From: Staphylococcus phage Machias
DNA: 64,000 nt
Strand: one strand, 5' to 3'
Sequence record: MW349128.1
The position numbers and the translations under genes are program-made. The notes under the pieces are model-generated. The model saw nothing but the letters and a program-made list of their open reading frames with translations. It was not told the DNA's origin and did no database searches. This document shows positions 60,950 through 64,000 of this stretch, piece after piece. Within the stretch, counting starts at the first letter, position 1. The number at the start of each line of letters is the position of its first letter.

Positions 60950-61867
60950 TTATTGAAATTTATTTTTAAACTCTTTTTCATACTCTTCATTAACTTTATT
61001 TAAATCGATTTCTTCACCATCTACTGTTCTAAATTTATCAGCAGATAATTTCTCACCTTTTAATACTTCTTTATCATCAGATTCAACTTTAGCTTGCATA
61101 ACTATATGTGGAGTTACATATGAAGGTGATTTAACTGTATCTAATTTAGGTGCATGAATACGAGCTTTTTGTAATTTACGTGTAAAGTTGATGTTATTAA
61201 TTGAAATTGTTTTACCCTCTTTTAAAGCTGATGTACGTAATGAATCTGCTAATGTTACAATATCTTTTAATTCTTTTTTACTGTATGCTTCATTTCCTGA
61301 TTCATCTACAAGATTCATTAATAAATCATTTAATAATTCATCTTTAGTGTATGATTTATCACTGTATTTCTTTTTAGTAGTTTTCTTAACGTCTTTTTTA
61401 ACTCGATTAACTTTAATTTTTTCCACTTTATTATCATCCTTTTTACTTGTTTTAGTTTTTGTACTAGATTTCTTTTTAACTGGATTCTTAACTTCTTCTA
61501 CTTTTTCTTCTTTAACTTCTTTTTCTTCTTTAATTTCTTTTTCTTTATCAGGATTAATTCCTGAAGCTGTAATAGTTACATTATCATATTCTGTATCTGT
61601 TGGAATATCCTTTAATTTGATAATTACATCTTTTAATTCATCAGAAGCAATATTAATTTCATTCTTATTGTAATTAATTTTGATTACATTATCATCTTCT
61701 GGGATTAATACTAAATTCTTTCTATCATATTTTTCTGGAATTGTTTCAATTTCAAAAGTTAATACGTCACCTTTATAACCTTGTTCTTCACTTACTTTTA
61801 ATTCTGCTGATTCTAATACACTTAAATCCTTAGTTTCATTAGTTACTTTTCTTCTTGTAATTGCCAT
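60950..61867 (-). CDS. Hypothetical Lys/Glu-rich protein (305 aa); tail module
   Basis: Complete ORF, first gene of the minus-strand tail operon after the AT-rich promoter region. Confidence 0.4.
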   Translation of the reverse strand: MAITRRKVTNETKDLSVLESAELKVSEEQGYKGDVLTFEIETIPEKYDRKNLVLIPEDDNVIKINYNKNEINIASDELKDVIIKLKDIPTDTEYDNVTITASGINPDKEKEIKEEKEVKEEKVEEVKNPVKKKSSTKTKTSKKDDNKVEKIKVNRVKKDVKKTTKKKYSDKSYTKDELLNDLLMNLVDESGNEAYSKKELKDIVTLADSLRTSALKEGKTISINNINFTRKLQKARIHAPKLDTVKSPSYVTPHIVMQAKVESDDKEVLKGEKLSADKFRTVDGEEIDLNKVNEEYEKEFKNKFQ

Positions 61868-62222
61868 ATCCTATTCTCTCCTTATATTTTTATATATTTG
61901 AAATTAGTATTTAACCTAATCTCATTAAAATAATATATATTTAAAATATTAGTTGTAATTTTTAATTTTTTCTATGATCCAAATTAAGTTTATTTATAAG
62001 TATTTTTCTTTAATTTTAATTACTTAATTTTTAATAACATTTTTAATTACTATTATTTTTTATAATATATTTATTAATTAATAAAAAATCTATTATTTAC
62101 AAATATATAAATAATATATTGTGGTGGATTTCAAATTTTTTATAAAGAAAAAATTATTAAACTGAATTAACCAATAATTATTAAATTACAAAGTAAATGA
62201 TTTACAAAAATAATCGAGGTGT
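61868..62222. promoter_or_regulatory. AT-rich divergent intergenic region (probable divergent promoters) containing copy 2 of the conserved 40-nt motif (62019-62058)
   Basis: No ORFs, divergent flanking genes, 39/40 match to 12591-12630. Confidence 0.35.
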
Positions 62223-63446
62223 ATGAATTTCATGGGATTAAATAAAAAACAAGAAGAAGGATTAATGAAGGCTAAGCACTGGTGGAATAATGATACATCA
62301 AGACCTTTTGTTTTAGCAGGAATTGCTGGAAGTGGTAAAAGTTATTTGATGACTAAAATAATAGATACTTTAGGATTACATGAATCTCAAGTATCATTTA
62401 TAGCATATACAGGTATGGCAGCAGGAGTATTAGTTAAGAGAGGTATAAATGCTACTACCATTCATAGAACTATTTATAATCCTTTCGTAGATGAAAAAAC
62501 AGGTGAAGTTAGATTTGTTTTAAAAACTAAAGAAGAATTTGATCCTGAAATTAAATTAATAATCATTGATGAAATATCTATGGTTCCTGATAAAATGATT
62601 GAAGAGATTAAACAATTTGAAATACCTATATTAGTTTGTGGAGACAAATCTCAATTGACACCAGTTTTTGGTACTAATTCATTAATAGAAAATCCAGACA
62701 TATTCTTAGATGAACCTGTTAGACAGGCATTAGATAACCCTATTCTTAAAATGGCTAATGAAGTTCGTAAAGGAGAAGATATTGAATATGGTTCTTATGG
62801 AGATAATTTACAAGTAATAAATTCAAATGAATTAACAATAGATATGTATAAAAATGCAGATCAAGTTCTTATGAGTTATAATAAAACAGTTAATCAATTT
62901 AATAGCTTCTATAGAAATCAAGTTGAAGGAATTGACATTGAATCAAATCCTTTTCCTAAAGCAGGAGAAAAAATTATTTGCTTGAAAAATAACTGGAATA
63001 AAGTTATTACTGAAGGAAATATAAATCAATATCTTACAAATGGTTTAATTGGAGAAATAACAAGATCTGGTAAGAAAAATAGTTTTACTGCTTCAACACA
63101 ATTAGATTTTAAGCCAGTAGGTTTTGATAATGAAAGATTTAGTAGAATATATTATGATGATTTAATTTTCAATGGAACTATTAGAGATCAACAAGAATTA
63201 TTTGAATTAAGAAAGACAGATAATGAAATTAATAAGATCTTTAAAAAACGTTATGTAACCACTATGAGTAATTTTAGTATGAAAGTTAATCCTTTTAATT
63301 ATGCTTATGGAATAACTGTTCATAAATCTCAAGGTTCTGAATTTGATAACGTTATTGTATTCGATGAAAATTATTCTAAAGATAGATACAAATCATTATA
63401 CACTGCAATTACTCGTGCTAAAAAGAATTTAATTATAGTTAAGTAA
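62223..63446 (+). CDS. Dda/RecD-like SF1 DNA helicase
   Basis: Walker A GIAGSGKSY, Walker B IIIDEISMV, VCGDKSQLTPV, C-terminal TVHKSQGSEFD motif. Confidence 0.8.
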   Translation: MNFMGLNKKQEEGLMKAKHWWNNDTSRPFVLAGIAGSGKSYLMTKIIDTLGLHESQVSFIAYTGMAAGVLVKRGINATTIHRTIYNPFVDEKTGEVRFVLKTKEEFDPEIKLIIIDEISMVPDKMIEEIKQFEIPILVCGDKSQLTPVFGTNSLIENPDIFLDEPVRQALDNPILKMANEVRKGEDIEYGSYGDNLQVINSNELTIDMYKNADQVLMSYNKTVNQFNSFYRNQVEGIDIESNPFPKAGEKIICLKNNWNKVITEGNINQYLTNGLIGEITRSGKKNSFTASTQLDFKPVGFDNERFSRIYYDDLIFNGTIRDQQELFELRKTDNEINKIFKKRYVTTMSNFSMKVNPFNYAYGITVHKSQGSEFDNVIVFDENYSKDRYKSLYTAITRAKKNLIIVK

Positions 63447-63459
63447 AGGAGATCTTTCA

Positions 63460-63690
63460 ATGACTAATAATAATAATCAAATTACTCAGGTTTCAAATCA
63501 ATTAAACACTGCATTGAATAATATTGCTAAAGCAATAAGAGGTCAGGATAAAATTGATGAAATTGAAGAGTTGAAACGAGAGAATAAAGAACTTCATGAA
63601 TTTCTCTTTAAAGTTTATCAGAATAATGAAGTTGATAGAAAAAAATTAAAGAAAATACTTTTTAAAGATATTAATAGTAAATTTATATAA
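63460..63690 (+). CDS. Hypothetical coiled-coil protein (76 aa)
   Basis: Complete ORF with SD AAGGAG. Confidence 0.35.
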   Translation: MTNNNNQITQVSNQLNTALNNIAKAIRGQDKIDEIEELKRENKELHEFLFKVYQNNEVDRKKLKKILFKDINSKFI

Positions 63691-63701
63691 GGAGAATTAC
63701 A

Positions 63702-64000
63702 ATGACAAGTGAAAAGAAAATTGCATCAGAATTAACTTTAGATCAGAAAATTAAATTATTAGAACCTAAAATACAAGAAGAATCTTATTTAAGACCATTG
63801 AGTCAAGTTGATGAGTCTTTTTATAATGAAGTTATTAAAGATGAATTAATGGATCAAATTAATAAAGAAAATCATAAATTCGAAAATAGCTTTGACTATC
63901 ATATATTTAAAAATGGCCCTATACAGTTAATGGGTTTCATATACAAGTTTGAATTCAACGAACAAGATTTAAAAGTTAAAAAAGAAAAACCTAGAGAAGA
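63702..64000 (+). CDS. Hypothetical protein, 5' partial (continues beyond the window end)
   Basis: ATG at 63702 preceded by AAGGAG; open to the end of the window. Confidence 0.4.
   Translation, partial: MTSEKKIASELTLDQKIKLLEPKIQEESYLRPLSQVDESFYNEVIKDELMDQINKENHKFENSFDYHIFKNGPIQLMGFIYKFEFNEQDLKVKKEKPRE

Overview
This window reads as the late and structural region of a large, very AT-rich (about 27% GC by eye) myovirus-like phage genome using the standard bacterial genetic code. It carries no CRISPR array and no tRNA.

Plus strand, left to right: structural hypotheticals, a peptidoglycan-binding plus amidase-like pair, a scaffold-like acidic protein, the major capsid protein, an HExxH membrane metalloprotease candidate, the large terminase, an nrdH-nrdI-nrdE-nrdF class Ib ribonucleotide reductase operon, the tail sheath and tail tube, and at the right end a Dda/RecD-like helicase.

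Minus strand: a tail fibre/adhesin gene of more than 3000 aa that runs off the left edge, a T4 gp21-like prohead protease, and a tail module made of two tandem tape-measure-like proteins of about 1900 aa each. These two paralogues carry four different cell-wall hydrolase domains between them: lysozyme-like and NlpC/P60 in one, M23 and SGNH in the other.

The most striking feature is intron density. A dispersed repeat turns out to be the canonical P/Q/R/S core of group I introns (AATTGCTGGAA / AATCAGCATC / GTTCAACGACTAAAT / AAGATATAGTC). It marks about ten introns: three in the protease (leaving a 15-nt micro-exon), four in the terminase (two carrying Vsr/EDxHD-like homing endonucleases), and two in nrdE (one with an HNH endonuclease). 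Most are only about 150-185 nt long. The tenth is fused 5' of an intact IS605-type tnpB with a structured, GC-rich downstream segment (candidate omegaRNA). This IStron-like element sits between two collinear ORFs of a tail/baseplate gene.

Exon and intron boundaries were inferred by eye from reading frames and conserved residues, and are approximate to a few nucleotides.
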